NCBI GenBank assembly: GCA_951406725.2
Contig: OX597823.1
Coordinates: 26,060,001-26,308,000, forward strand
DNA from: Octopus vulgaris
Taxonomy: Eukaryota
Direction of reading: 5' to 3'
Length of the DNA: 248,000 bases
Shown here: positions 86,728 to 100,799 of the stretch, piece by piece
How the letters are laid out: each line of letters begins with the position of its first letter
Position numbering within the stretch: the first letter of the stretch is position 1
Translations under genes and position numbers: made by a program
Notes under the pieces: model-generated
What the model was told of the DNA's origin: nothing
The model's database searches: none
The model's input: only the letters and a program-made list of their open reading frames with translations

Positions 86728-86965
86728 CATTCTACTATTAAAAATAATAATGGTTTCAAATTTTGGCACAAGGCCAGAGGTTTTGAGGAAGGGGTTTAGT
86801 CAATTGCATTGATTCCAATGCTTCAATGGAACGCATTTTATCGACCCAAAAAGGATGAAGAATAAAGTCAACCTCAGTGGCATTTGAACCCAGAATGTAA
86901 ACACGGATGGAATGTCGCTAAACATTTGCCCAGCGTGCTAATGGTTCTGCTAGCTTGCCACCTTC

Positions 86966-87016
<51 letters not shown>

Positions 87017-87292
87017 CCTTTCTACTAAATGCACAAGGCCTGACATTTTGGGGAGGGCGCTAGTTGATTACATGGAACCCAGTGCTTAACTGGTGCTTAT
87101 TTTATCCAACAAAAGTTGACCTCGGTGATATTTGAACTCAGAAATTAAAGATGGACAAAATGTTGCTAAATGTTTTGCCTGTCATGCTAACGATTCTGCA
87201 ATCTTGCCACCTTCAATAATAATAATGATGATGATGATGACATGATGTGTTATACATTTATACATATATATATATATATATATATATAGATA

Positions 87293-87352
<60 letters not shown>

Positions 87353-87673
87353 TATATATATATATCATCAATCATCGTTTAACGTCCACTTTCCATACTA
87401 GCATGGGTTGGACGATTTGACTGAGGTCTGGCAAACTAGATGGCTGCACCAGACCCCAATCAGATCTGGCAGAGTTTCTACAGCTGGATGCCCTTCCTAA
87501 CACCAAACATTCCGAGAGTGTAGTGGGTGCTTTTATGTGCCACCAGCACGGAGGCCAGCTTCTTGCTCTGGCAACGATCACACTCATATGGTACTCTTAG
87601 CATTCCACTAGCATGGATGCCAGTCATTGAATTTGATTTTGATTTTGATTTCACTTGCCTCAACAGGTCTTTG

Positions 87674-87709
<36 letters not shown>

Positions 87710-87875
87710 CGGGACCAGCCATTTGAATGTGGCTAGGGACAGGGCGGGGTGGTGGGGGTGTTACTGATGCATTTAGCCCCAGGCGACTATAGACGTCACC
87801 AGGAGAGCCGACACCATCACGGTGTCCTTGCTAGCCTGCAAAGGGAGATCAGCCTCCCTGAAGATACGAATGCTA

Positions 87876-87917
87876 CACACGGACCGGTTTCGAGGTATTG
87901 CCTCTCGTCAGCGCATG
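87876..87917 (-). ncRNA. Minimal type-I hammerhead ribozyme, copy 1
   Basis: CATGCG-CTGACGA-GAGG caata CCTC-GAA-ACCGGT-C-CGTGTG: intact core, GUC site, palindromic stem III. Confidence 0.88.
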
Positions 87918-88234
87918 GCAAACACCGTTCTTCGTTGAGGGACTTCCTCTACAGGCTAGAAATATATAGATTTTCACTGTAAACACAGTCACTGGCGTTG
88001 AAAATCTGTTCGATAACAATAATAAATCTCTAAGCGAGGTATAAACAGTAACTGCTCTGTAATATAAGCGGGACCAGCCATCTGAATGTGGCTAGGGACA
88101 GGGCGGGGTGGTGGGGGTGTTACTTATGCATTTAGCCCCAGGCGACTATAGACGTCACCAGGAGAGCCGACACCATCACGGTGTCCTTGCTAGCCTGCAA
88201 AGGGAGATCAGCCTCCCCGAAGATACGAATGCTA

Positions 88235-88276
88235 CACACGGACCGGTTTCGAGGTATTGCCTCTCGTCAGCGCATG
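88235..88276 (-). ncRNA. Minimal type-I hammerhead ribozyme, copy 2
   Basis: Identical to copy 1, 359 bp away. Confidence 0.88.
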
Positions 88277-88576
88277 GCAAACACCGTTCTTCGTTGAGGG
88301 ACTTCAAGGACACCATGATGGTGTCGGCTCTCCTGGTGACGTCTATAGTCGCCTGGGGCTAAATGCATAAGTAACACCCCCACCACCCCGCCCTGTCCCT
88401 AGCCACATTCAGATGGATGGTCCCGCTTATATTACAGAGCAGTTACTGTTTATACCTCGCTTAGAGATTTATTATTGTTATCGAACAGATTTTCGACGCC
88501 AGTGACTGTGTTTACAGTGAAAATCTATATATTTCTAGCCTGTAGAGGAAGTCCCTCAATGAAGAACGGTGTTTGC

Positions 88577-88618
88577 CATGCGCTGACGAGAGGCAATACC
88601 TCGAAACCGGTCCGTGTG
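88577..88618 (+). ncRNA. Minimal type-I hammerhead ribozyme, copy 3 (inverted arm); predicted cleavage after C88612
   Basis: Reads directly on the + strand: catgcg ctgacga gagg caata cctc gaa accggt c cgtgtg. Confidence 0.88.
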
Positions 88619-88937
88619 TAGCATTCGTATCTTCGGGGAGGCTGATCTCCCTTTGCAGGCTAGCAAGGACACCGTGATGGTGTCGGCTCTCCTGGTGACG
88701 TCTATAGTCGCCTGGGGCTAAATGCATCAGTAACACCCCCACCACCCCACCCTGTCCCTAGCCACATTCAGATGGCTGGGCTTATATTACAGAGTAGTTA
88801 CTGTTTATACCTCGCTTAGAGATTTATTATTATATATATATATATATATATAAATGTCAGTGTACATGTACAAATTGATCCTTCTGACACCAAACCCAAC
88901 TGAGTTCCTTCATTCTATGATAAAAATCCCTCTATTT

Positions 88938-89288
88938 TAGGAGTTCTCAACCATTTTTTTTTTCTGTGGACCTCTTTGATTATTATTTCATTCTGGTGGA
89001 ACTCTATGGCCATTCAATGTTTATAAACTAGTTTTATAGAAACTTCTTTCAAAATTCCTATTTTGTTTTCCACACATTAACTTGAATAGGTTGAACTATG
89101 TAATATGTTAAAGAAATCCATCTGTTTCTTGCAATACATACCAATACATAGATCTAAAGCAAAAGATTTTTAGGGGCCCTTAAAATACTATTGTGGATTT
89201 TCAATTTACTATTTTGTTGCGTGGATCCCCACCCCGAAATCTCATAAGGACCCTCATGGGCCATATGGTCCCTGGTTGAGAAACACTG
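88938..89288. mobile_element. hAT MITE
   Basis: Degenerate TIRs (taggagttctcaacc / ggttgagaaacactg); TSD CTCTATTT on both sides. Confidence 0.8.
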
Positions 89289-90229
89289 CTCTATTTTCAA
89301 GTGTTTATATTTAGATTCTTCCCTACCATCATAATAATTTGTAAGAACCTATTAGGTTGTGTTCAAAAAATCATCTCAATGAGAGAGATTAGTTGTTTTA
89401 TTAAAAAAAAAATCTAAATTTTTGTTCAAGAAGTGTGTGTGTGTGTTAGCGCGCTGGGCAAAATGCTTAGTGGTATTTCGTCTATCATTACGTTCTGAGT
89501 TCAAATTCCGCCGAGGTCGACTTTGCCTTTCATCCTCTCGGGGTTGATAAATAAAGTACCAGTTTTGCACTGGGGTCGATGTAATCGACTTAATCCCTTT
89601 GTCTGTCCTTGTTTGTCCTCTCTGTGTTTAGCCCCTTGTGGGCAGTAAAGAAATAAATATTTGATAGAATTATTCACAATATATTACTGGTACTCTTTCA
89701 AATCTATGAGCAAGTTTCTTTATGGGTGATCTGCTTGTTAGAAATAGCTACTGAATCTCTTTGAAATTTCATCCAAACATCATTTAAAAAGAGGAGCAGA
89801 TTGGATAACGTAATCCTAGATATGCAATGTTTGAGAGAAGGATAGGATGACCAAGACTGGAAGCCTTTTTGATCATAGTTCTACTGGATAATATGTAACC
89901 TAGGACTAAGGTACAACAGATTAAAAGATTCATAGAGATTTCCAACTTTAGTATGAAATTGGTTGTACATTTGGGGAAGTGGGGCAATCATAATGATGTT
90001 AGTCATATATTCGAAAAGATAAGGCATAGTGAATTTCAATAACCACCATAAAGCTGGTTGGTATTTATTTCATATTCTTCTCAATTCTTAAAGATGTGAC
90101 AAGCAGTCATGATACCTTAAACAAGAGCAAATAAGTTTGATTTAACCCTCTTAGATAAAAACCTATCTGAGACCACCTCTGACATTTTGATATCAACCCA
90201 GCCCTGGTCTTATGGTACCAACCCATTTG

Positions 90230-91270
90230 AGACTACTCTGGATTTAACCCATCAGAGACTACCCATGGTTTTACATAAATACATATACACCAATACACCT
90301 GAGATTTTTGGCGTTCTTCATTATCTACATCAATAACATAGTAGACATCATCAAACGTTCTACATTGAAAATCTTTGTAGATGATTCCAAACTCCAGAAG
90401 GCCATAAACAGTATGGGAGACCAAATGTGCCTTCAGTCGGATTTGTTTGCTGTTGTCCAACAGGTAGGAAAGAACAATATGCTTCTAAATGAAGATGAGT
90501 TTAATTTGATCCACTTTGGAAAAGAGGATACTCTGTAACTACCATATTCCCTTCCCTCGGGTGACTACCTAGTGTCATCCAACACCAGAGACCTTGGAGT
90601 AATTATTGATAACAATCTAAGCTGGAGTTCCCACATAAACAACAAGATTGACTTGGCCTGCAAGATGTGCTCCTGGATTCTGAAAACTTTCCAGTCTAGA
90701 GATCTCTACACCAGTCTAGAGATGCCACCTTGAATACTGTTGCCCACACTGTGGTCTTCCCACATGAAGCAACTCATTATGAAAGTGGAAGCACTCCAGA
90801 GCTCAATAACAAGAAAGATAGATGGCATGACAGGCATTGACTAATGGGGTTGACTAAAAAAACTCAATCTCTACTCTCTCCAATGCCACCAGGGGCACTA
90901 CATCATTTGTGTGATGTGGAAAATATTGCACAAATGATGTTGGCATCAATTTTAAAATCCACCCAAGACTTGGTCCCCGTGCTATCCACCCACTATAAAA
91001 ATCGAACCCAGGATACATAACAAAATTACAACACAACTAATTTATCTCAACTGGTCCAGCCCTTTTTAATATCATACCAAAATATGTCAAAACAGAAACA
91101 GATCCCATAAAATTTAAAAGTTCTCTGGACAAATTTCTTCAAAAATCCTGGACCAACCTTCTACTCCTGGATATGTCTCCAACAATAACAACTCTTTGCT
91201 AGAATTGCCCATGGTGCCCCATATATGACTAAAAGACTTCACCAGGTGGTGCTATTAAGTTAGACATGGC
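90230..91270 (+). mobile_element. Decayed CR1-group LINE 3' part
   Basis: LKIFVDDSKL, RDLGVIIDNNLSW..HI and LEYCC..W motifs with lesions. Confidence 0.8.
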
Positions 91271-91899
91271 CTGGGCCTATATTTTATATATACCAACTTG
91301 TTTGTGAATATCCTTTGTTTCATATAAAAATACTCTGAGACTATTGCTGTTTTTATATAAACCAACTCACCTAAGAATATCTTGGGTTCTATGAGTAAAA
91401 ACCTCTTATTTTAAGGTGTTCATATTTAAACTAAACCCCCCCACTTTTCAATCTTAAGGAAGACCCTTTCATTAAATTATTTTTGAACAGTGATTTAACC
91501 CTTTTTATACTAACCTGCTTGAAACCACCACCCCTGGTCCTTTAATACAAACATTATATTTTAAAGTGATCTAAATTAGACCTTCCATCAAAATTTCATC
91601 CAATACCAGATTAAATAATGACAAAGTTATTTTACTAATTTCCTTATTGTTTTCAAAATTAATTGAAACAAAGGCGATGCATTTCAACAGAAATGTGATA
91701 ACAACTGGGTTAATGATGAAAATGTTAGTTATTTTTACCAAATGTTTCCCAACACAATTATTTTCAAAATATTTGAAATCTATCAAAAGTGCATTTTGTA
91801 AATGTGGTCCCAAGAGTGTTAAACACAGTAAATTATAGACAGTGACAAAATAGTTCTGGGTATTTAGTTCACTGTTCTACCAATCTGACACTGTACCAC

Positions 91900-91977
91900 C
91901 TGCTAAATTATTATAGAAAGAGTTTCTGTCTTCACTTGACTGATCTGATATTAATATGGAGGAAAAGGAAAGAATGA
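91900..91977 (-). CDS. Weak candidate symmetric exon, possibly gene X (..DQSSEDRNSFYNNLA)
   Basis: tttttattacag| acceptor (alternative at atatcag|), CAG|gtggta donor, open in phase 1 to 1; linkage not demonstrated. Confidence 0.3.
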
Positions 91978-94900
91978 CTGTAATAAAAATGGTCTTTTAA
92001 TCAGTGGCTGAAGGCTTTGAACAGCAAGTTGCCCAAGGCTGACAGCTACTTTTGAAGCTTTTCAGGAGGAAATACACACATAACATCTGTTCTTGTGTGA
92101 CCAGTGAACTCAAACAAGGTCATGTTGAGTGACTGACTGCTTGGGAAACCAGGTGCTGTGAATATTTTGTGTTGTATGTGTGTAGCCTAACTATCTGCTT
92201 AGTTGACTGCTTGGAGATGGTTGCAGTGGGATAACCTTACACTTTAATAATCCATCCATTCTCATTCTCTGTCTCTCTCTCTATCTCTGTCTTTTCCTTT
92301 CAGATTCTTTCCCTTCTTCTGTGATGATTACTTCTCCGGTTCTTCTTTGCTTCACCAACCAGCCTGCCATCTATCTATCCACTCATCAGGCTAGGTTGCC
92401 AACTCACTAAGCAGCTAGCCAGTCAACCAAGCTAGCTAAGACACCACTTCATACAATCACAACCAACACTTACTGGCAGGCGAACATTCCACGAGGGAGC
92501 CTGTATGTGGTCACACAGCCTGTTAGAAGTAGCAGCTAAATCTTTTTCAAATCACATCCCAAACATCTTCAAAAAAAGAAAGGATGCTCTAGATAACGTA
92601 GCCCTCCTAGATGTCTGGGGGATGGAGAGGAAAGAAAAGAAAGAAGCTGGAATACTTTTGATCATGGGTCTGCTTTATTAGGGTTGACCTAGGGCTAAAC
92701 AGCAACTGTTATATAGCGTATCAGTTGCCTTTTTAGCACCAGACTAGCCCTGAGTAAGTTGACCTATGATCAATATATATATATATACTATCTGATGCTC
92801 AAATCTCTTTAAATCTAATTAGCACACTAAAATAGGACATCAGTTAAACAAGTCAAAATACATAGTTGTTAGTTAGAAATTAACATTTTTGAAGTAAAAT
92901 CTGTTGGATGGATGTACTCAGAAATTGAACTCTCCATCAGGTTATCTCATACTTTTTTTTCCCTCTATCACATAGACCCTCCCCATTGCTGGTGGAACAA
93001 ATGAATGAATGAATGAATGAATGAAAGAATGAAAGGATGAAAGAATAACTGTCTGCTTGAGAAAACCAGGTGTTATTATATGAATACTGCTGTTTGGCTG
93101 AGGCTGAAGCTGTTTTGGCTGTTTGGTTGTTTGAACCGACTGCCTACCTGCTTAGTGACTGCATTAACAGTGGGAGAAAAAGAGGCTGTGGGTGTAAAAG
93201 ATTGTTGTAGTAACAATAATTACACAAAAAAGAGGGAAGTGAATAGATTTCAGAACAGTGGATCATTCTATCTATTCCCTCTACTTTCTAAAGAGCAAAT
93301 AGACAAATAAATGAATATTTTTTTTTTAAATCATCCAAATTTTAGCAGTAATAGTTACAGTAGTTTATATATGAATTTCCAAAGTTAAACTAAATGGCCT
93401 CATTTAAAAAAAAAAGTAAATAAAATAGAATTATCATAAAAAAAAATTCAAAATACTAATAAGTGGTGTAAAACTAACTCAGGAAATTGAAAATATTGAT
93501 TTGTAGCCATACAACACAAGGCCACATATTTAGGGAGTGGGTTTGTTCAGTCATTTAAATCGATCTTGACTGGTAAAGTGTTTTAAGAGCCCTGAAAGGA
93601 TGACAGACAAAGTTGACCTCAACAGGAGTTGAACTTAGAATGTAAAGGGCTGTAATTATAAATATTGAGAGGTATTTTATCTGCAACCCAAACTTTTCTG
93701 GCAAACCACTTATTGAAAATACCGATTTCTAACCATAAAAACTTGTGTTCTAGATGAATGCTACTTAAATTTACTGGCTTTGGAAAGATGAAAGATAAAG
93801 TTGACTTGAGTATTATTTGAGCTTAAAACATGAAGAAACTCATCTAAATATCATGAGGGAATATCTTTACCTTCAATGCTCCACTGATTCTTCCTTATGC
93901 CACACTTTCAAAATTGAACATTTGATATAGAACAGCCATAATGTTTTGAGACTCTTAAGTATTTCAAATTTTTTCATAACAAATTAAAAAGTTTTGGCTT
94001 TATTTAACTAACCCCCCATACTCCTCCTGGTCCCTAGTTTACTTCTTTCAGGTAGGGAGTTGCTAGAAACATTAGAACTAAATGGCCATTGCGGTTGCTG
94101 TTGCAGATTTTTTTCCCTCAATCTTTTTACTCAGGGGTGTGGGGGAGGCAGTGTGGAGGGGAGAGGAAGGCATTATCATACTAGAGATCTGACTTGAATA
94201 CTTAAAACACAGTGAACTTTATAAAAAGCACACAAGGTGCTAGGTGGTAGTGTTAGACCAAATTATGAATCAAATCTACCATCAAAGTAGGCCATGGTAG
94301 GATTTGAACTCAGAATGCAAAAGTCTAGAACAGAGACTGCAAGGAATCTGGTCCAATGTTCTTATATGTTCATCAGTCCTATGTCCTACATTGCTATTTT
94401 TTAATTGGTCTCAAAAGGATAAACGGCAATGTTATCTTGGCAGGACTTGAATTCATAAAGATTCAGAACAAACATTGATTACATCAACCCCAGTGTTCAA
94501 CTGGTTCTTATCTTAAATCAACCTTCATGGAATTTGAACTCAGAACATAAGATGGATGAAATGCTGCTAAACATTTTGCTTGGCATGCTAACAATCCTGC
94601 CAATTCACTGCCTTAGTCAGAACAAATATTATGAAACATTCTACTTGATTATCTAACAACTTTGCCAGTTCCCAGCCTGAGTAGAGTATGATGAAATGCA
94701 TTTTCAGTTCTGTTTTCTTTATCTTTTACTCAGGGAAGAAAGCAGGACCCATGATCTGTTACAGAGTCTCCAAGACTGGTGGGAAGAGGGAGGAAGGCAT
94801 CCATAAAACCTGGCTTCAATGAGTTAAGTAGGCCATGGCAGAATTTGAACTCAAAATGCAAATAACTGGAACAAAACAATCTTACAGCTCCACCTATTAA

Positions 94901-96965
94901 TCACTTAGTATCGGTATTATCTAATATTTGTTTATGTCTAAGACTACAGTTCCAAAATTTTCCCTTTTAAAAACGGTAGAGTAATATTTGAAAGAGACTT
95001 GGCTGCTATTTCTAGCAGGTTTCTAATAAATATTTAGAGGTTCCAGAGCTAAACAGTAGAACTTGCAGTCTCCATACACCAAGTTAAATTTCTTATTAGA
95101 ATCAATTTTGCATTTCTTCTTTCTATTGGGTGCTGGTGTTGTTTGACCCCCAGCTCAGTCCTGATCCAACAGACTGATGATGAAATAAGCTCCATCCATG
95201 ACCACTCAGTCATTTTCTAAACAGTTTAAGATCACATTATCCAAGGAGTCCTATTTTGTTTTTCAGTCTCAGGTCAGACCTAGGCCAGCTGACCTGTAAT
95301 GAAAAGTGTTTCAACCATGACCACCCTTTCTTTTGTTAACACAGTTTATCTACAGCTTAATTATCTCATGTGTCCTTCCTTGTTGTTGTTGTTGTTTAGT
95401 TCCAGGTCAGTCCTGATCGGCCAAAAAAAGAAAAGGACTGTCCTATTCTTTTTACAGATATAACTTTGCTATAAATAATGTGTTCTTCCTTCAGGTTGTT
95501 TAACCCCTGGTCAATTTTGATTCAACAGACCTGACCATCATGAACTTTTTCCAGACATAATGTGCCTGGGACAACCTTATCTAATACGTCCTTCTATTTT
95601 TTGTAGTAGAAAGTGATTTTGAGGGAGATATGGCTGCTATTTATTGCAGGTCAAATGAAAACATAAAGTCTTTTGTTGGTTATGAAAACATAAAGTCTTT
95701 TGTTAACTACCAGTAATATGCTGGGATTGATTCAATCATTTTTATACCCATCCTTGAAAAAGGTAAAAAATAATAATAAAGGTTTATATCAGTAAGACAT
95801 GTCCCCCAACAAACTTTCTCTTTGTTATTTTATCCCAGTACTCTTATTCTTACAGGTTTTCTGTCTCTAACACAAAACATGTTGATACATGAATTGTTTG
95901 TAACCAGTTTTTATCAAAATGGGTACATGAATTGATTGTGCATACAGTACACATGAGCATACACACACACTCTTTCTCTCTCTCTCACACACACACACAC
96001 ACAAACATTGCTGTTCCTGCCTCATCTGCCCCACCCCCAACCACTCCATCATTGTACTGCATTATTCTGTCACTGTAACTAATGAAAGCATAACCCATTG
96101 CTACATAATATCATTACCCTTTCTGTAGCTACTAGTCATCCTTCTCTCTCCCCTAAGCCATTTGCTACTAGCCTCCATCTCTCATTCTCATCACTGTACC
96201 CAACCATACCTTCACCCACCACGACTACCTTCACTCACTATTTACCTGTGACCACCACCACCTACCCACCCTTGTTTCTACCCATCACTTGCTCCTCTCC
96301 CCAGCTCTAGTAATCTTTACTCACCCTATCTGATCTTTCTGTCACCATGCTCTCTTCTGTTCACCTTAAAGGTATGCTCTGGCTCTTCATCACCATCATA
96401 CTTATCTCTCTTTCTATTACCACTTCACTCCACCACCTACCCACCCATGGGTGGAGTAGTAGCCCCACACCCCCGCCCACCAACTGCCTTTACTCCTACT
96501 GAACTGATCATACTGTCCTCCTTATCACTCACTTATTCACTCTCACTAATCCCTGACACTACTCATTTTCTTTCCCTTCTCTTATTCCCTTGCTTGTCAG
96601 TGTCTCTGTTAGTTTCTCCACTAAAACCATCCAACAATAATAAACCTGTTCCTTCCATTGTACTTTAACTTCTTAACATCTTGCTTAAAGCCTTTGTTCT
96701 TTCTCCTATGGGAGCTCTTTGCCATGGGAGCTCTTTAGTTTTGTGAGTTACAAGGTGACCTCACAAGTATTGTTTCCATGAAAAAAAAAGCATTCAGTAA
96801 ACTCTATAAAATGGTTGGCATTAGGGCATTAGGAAGGCATCCAACAATATTATTCATGCCAAAATTGGGGCATTGGAACAAGATGACATCTGCCAACCTA
96901 CTGGATCTTGTTAACCCATTCAACAACCACTACCAACATGGAAAGCAGATGTAAAATTATGATGA

Positions 96966-96992
<27 letters not shown>

Positions 96993-97005
<13 letters not shown>

Positions 97006-97326
97006 AAATGAAGAAAATGCTGACAAATAATTGAAGTAATTTAAGTAATTTAATTAGGTGAAAGTTCTTTTTACCGGTTGCGCATTTGTTATGCTTATCA
97101 AAATATAAAAGAGAGATTAGAGTTCCTTTCTTATAGAATTTTTCCTCTTATTTTTCCTCTTATCAGATAAGAGGAAAAATTCTATAAGAAAGGAACTCTA
97201 ATCTCTCTTTTATATTTTGATAAGCATAACAAATGCGCAACCGGTAAAAAGAACTTTCACCTAATTAAATTACTTAAATTACTTCAATTATTTGTCAGCA
97301 TTTTCTTCATTTCCTTTTTTATATAT
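96993..97326. repeat. Long near-perfect palindrome (arms about 160 bp, 1-nt loop)
   Basis: Centre cttatc-a-gataag; only a 12-bp duplication breaks the symmetry. Confidence 0.92.
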
Positions 97327-97355
97327 CACCACTCGTGTTCGACATCTCCTTTTTT

Positions 97356-97400
<45 letters not shown>

Positions 97401-98441
97401 CTTGATAGAAATATTTTTGATTTTATCCAGTTTCCATCTACCAAATGCATTCACAAGATTTTAGCTAGTCCAAGTATATAAAAGAAGATGCTTGCCCAAA
97501 GTATCACACAATGGGACTGAATTGAAAACCATGTGATTGAGAAGTGAAATTCCGAACCATATAGCCATAACTTTAACTGTACACACACACACACACACAA
97601 TTGTGCATGCACACGCATGTGTATGTATATAAAGTGAGAAAGGGTTGGGCAATATCATCTACCTCACCCTCTCATCCCTTCATATCTGATTCCAGTGGCA
97701 AGACAAAGTCAAGACAACAAAAGATAGGTCAGAATGCAGTGGAGGCTGCAGTGTCCTTCGTGTCTCACTGTGCCCCGTTTGTACTCCACAACACTTGCTG
97801 GTCCACTTCGCTCCATGTTGAATCAATCTGGTGGTTTCCACTGCACAATCTGCTGACCCCAGTCTTCATATGCATAGTTAAACAAGTTCTAGCTCACCAT
97901 GGATTGAAAGCCATTGGATATTCTCACCATAGGTCAGCTGACTTGAACCACAGGTGTAAGCTGAGGACCAAAGTAGGCTAACTACTCTGAAGAGCATTGC
98001 ATGTTCCTCCATCAGAGGTACAACCCAACCCAAAGGACTAATTAACTGATGCCTATGGATTTCCCTCAGAAGAAAGTGCCATGCTACCATCATCAGTGCA
98101 TACACCTTCTCCATGACTACAACCACAACAGTCATCTACTGCTGGACACTATGCAGCACATGACCTGCTGATTATCAACAGTGTTTAACCTACCCAACCA
98201 CAAAAAGACAAATCAATATCCCAGTATGAAGTACAGATGAGAGAAGCAGTATCAAACTCCCTCGTACATCAAATAGGGCAACAGCCACAGTAAAAGCACA
98301 TGTAGGAATGGTGCTATAATATCCCACCACCATGAAGAAACCAACTGAATAAGAAAGTAGTGAAAAAGGTTCAAAATCATGGTGGTGCTCCAACACAGCT
98401 CTACCCACATGGCTGAAAAGAAAAAGAAAATTAAAGAAAAA

Positions 98442-98488
<47 letters not shown>

Positions 98489-98539
98489 CATAGATACGTA
98501 CGTACATACATACATACATACATACATACATACATACAT

Positions 98540-98584
<45 letters not shown>

Positions 98585-98600
98585 TAAAGATATAGATATA

Positions 98601-99490
98601 TTGGGTTGGCAACTAAGTTCTTACTGTTTTTTTAAATTTAAATTTTTTAAAAGGTTTAATAAAAAATAACAACTAATTAATCAATAATGTATTCACCCTT
98701 ATTGTTTACAACTTATTCCCAATGTTTAACAAGGTTTTCAACACCTGTTGGTAGAAATCACCCGATTTCGAATAAAAAAATTGATCCAACCAAGCTCTCA
98801 ATTCTGCATTATTGAACGAAACTCCGCACATAGTATTTGAAAGAGATTGAAAGAGGTGGAAATCTGTTGGTGCCAAATGAGGAAAAATTATTGGGTTGGC
98901 AACTAAGTTCCTGCCGTTTTTTAAAATTTTGGAATTTATTGCGTTTTTAAATTTTGGAATCTATTTTTCTCGAGAATTCTTTTTCTGAATCATTTTGGAA
99001 TCTATTTTGTTTTTTTTTCTAGTTAATTTTAGTTAATTTTTGTTTATTTTCAGATCATTAAAATGGAATGTCAAGTTAAGAAAAATGAGCATTTTCAACA
99101 CCTCTTTCTTTTTGCTTTTAATCAAGGTTCTAAGGCCGCAAAAGCTGCTTGCAACATTTGTGCTGTGTATGGAGAGGGTGCCATAGCTGAGAGAACCACT
99201 CGTGATTGCTATGCCAAGTTCAAAAATGGAAATTTTGACCTCAAAGACGCACCTCGTTCTGGCCGTCCAGTTGAGTTCAATGAAGAGCAAATAAACCAAC
99301 TTTTGGACGAAAATTCTCGTCAGACAACAAGGGAACTGGCAGAGAAAATGGAATGCTCCCACACTAGTATAGAGAAGTATCTTCACTCAATGGAAAGGTT
99401 CAGAAGTATGGAGCATGGGTTCCGCATGCTTTAAGTGACAACAACAAAAATCAATGAGCCACAATCTCTGCTGGTTTGCTTGCTTGTCAC
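98601..99490 (+). mobile_element. Two adjacent mariner fragments of one family
   Basis: TA|TTGGGTTGGCAACTAAGTTC at 98601 and 98891; ORF 99063-99434 is a mariner HTH domain (DAPRSGRP). Confidence 0.88.
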
Positions 99491-100799
99491 CTCTCAACTC
99501 ATGTATGTATATGTATAGGTGTGTATGTGTGTGTGTGCGTGGGTTGTGTGTGTGCATAGGTTGTGTGTGTAGGGGTTTGTAGTGTTTGTGTAGGCGTAAT
99601 GTGCATGCGTGTGTTTGTGTGTGTGTGTGCTTACGTGCGTGTGTGCGTGTATGTGCATGTGTTTGTGCCCATGTGTGTATAATTGTGTGCGTGTCTGTAT
99701 GTGTATTGTTTGTTGGAGGTATATGTGCGAACCTGTGATATATATATATATATGCAGGAATGTGTGTGTGTATGTGTATGTGTCTGTATCTGTGTGTATA
99801 CACATACACACACACATATATCTAAAACAATAAAAAATTTGGGGAGTAAAAGACACCACTACTGAATAGAAAGTACTCAATCTCAATATGGAATGTATGT
99901 AGAGTGAAAGGGTTTTTTATTGATAAAATTGACATTTCTGGGTTCATTGTGCTGTTTGATACATGAAACAAAGATGAAATGTGAATGAACTCAGCTAAAA
100001 TAGTAACTGAATCAAATTCAAAACAAACCAAAACAACTCTAATGGTTAAACATGTCAATGTGAAATTAACATCGATGGATTTACAGCTGTTAATAATGGT
100101 GAATATGAACATGAAATAAATATATAAATGGAATAACAAGAAGATACTTGCTGATATAAACATGCATACACTGATATAAGCCATTGTAAGCTATGTTGAG
100201 GATGATCAGGTTGTAAAGTTTTTATGACTTAAATTTTCTGTGAACTGCCATCACCACCCTCCTACTCCTCCTCTTTCTCATCATCATCATCATCACCACC
100301 ACCACCACTATCATCATCATAAAACATTCACTTTTCCATGCTTGCATCATAGGCCAAACAGAATCCATTGAGAAGGTTTTCTAAGGACAGATGTCATTCC
100401 TGTTGGCAAGCCTCATGTGTTTCCAAGTAAAGTAACATTTTCCTCACAGTCGGACATATTTTTCATAGAAAACTGGAAATGAACAACATTGTTTATATGA
100501 CAGTGATGCTCATTTACAACCATCATGGGATGTCAAGGCAAGGGTGCACACATACATATACTCAATGGGTTTCTTTCAATTTCTGTCTGCCAAATCCACA
100601 GGGCACTGGTTGGCCCTGGGCTGTAGTAGAAGAGACTTGCCCAAGATAATGCATAGTGGGAATGAACCTGAGACAACATGGTTGGGAAGCAAGCTTTTCA
100701 CCCACACAGCCACATTTAAATGCAGCTCTGAATATTTTCTGAATGGCAGCTGAGTAATGGGGTATTAGCAAAATCAATACAATAAGCCCTCTCTAGTGC

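Larger units (their letters stand above)
87703..88832. mobile_element. Retrozyme-like array: 359-bp monomer, about 1.7 tandem copies followed by about 1.45 inverted copies
   Basis: Near-identical monomers, each full unit carries a hammerhead; flanked by (TA)n; no ORF of substance. Confidence 0.85.

Noticed and set aside
87749-88745. Three repeated 77-84 aa ORFs (MVGVLLMHLAPGDY...)
   Set aside because: Incidental frames of the ribozyme-bearing monomer; GTG start, no homology recognised.
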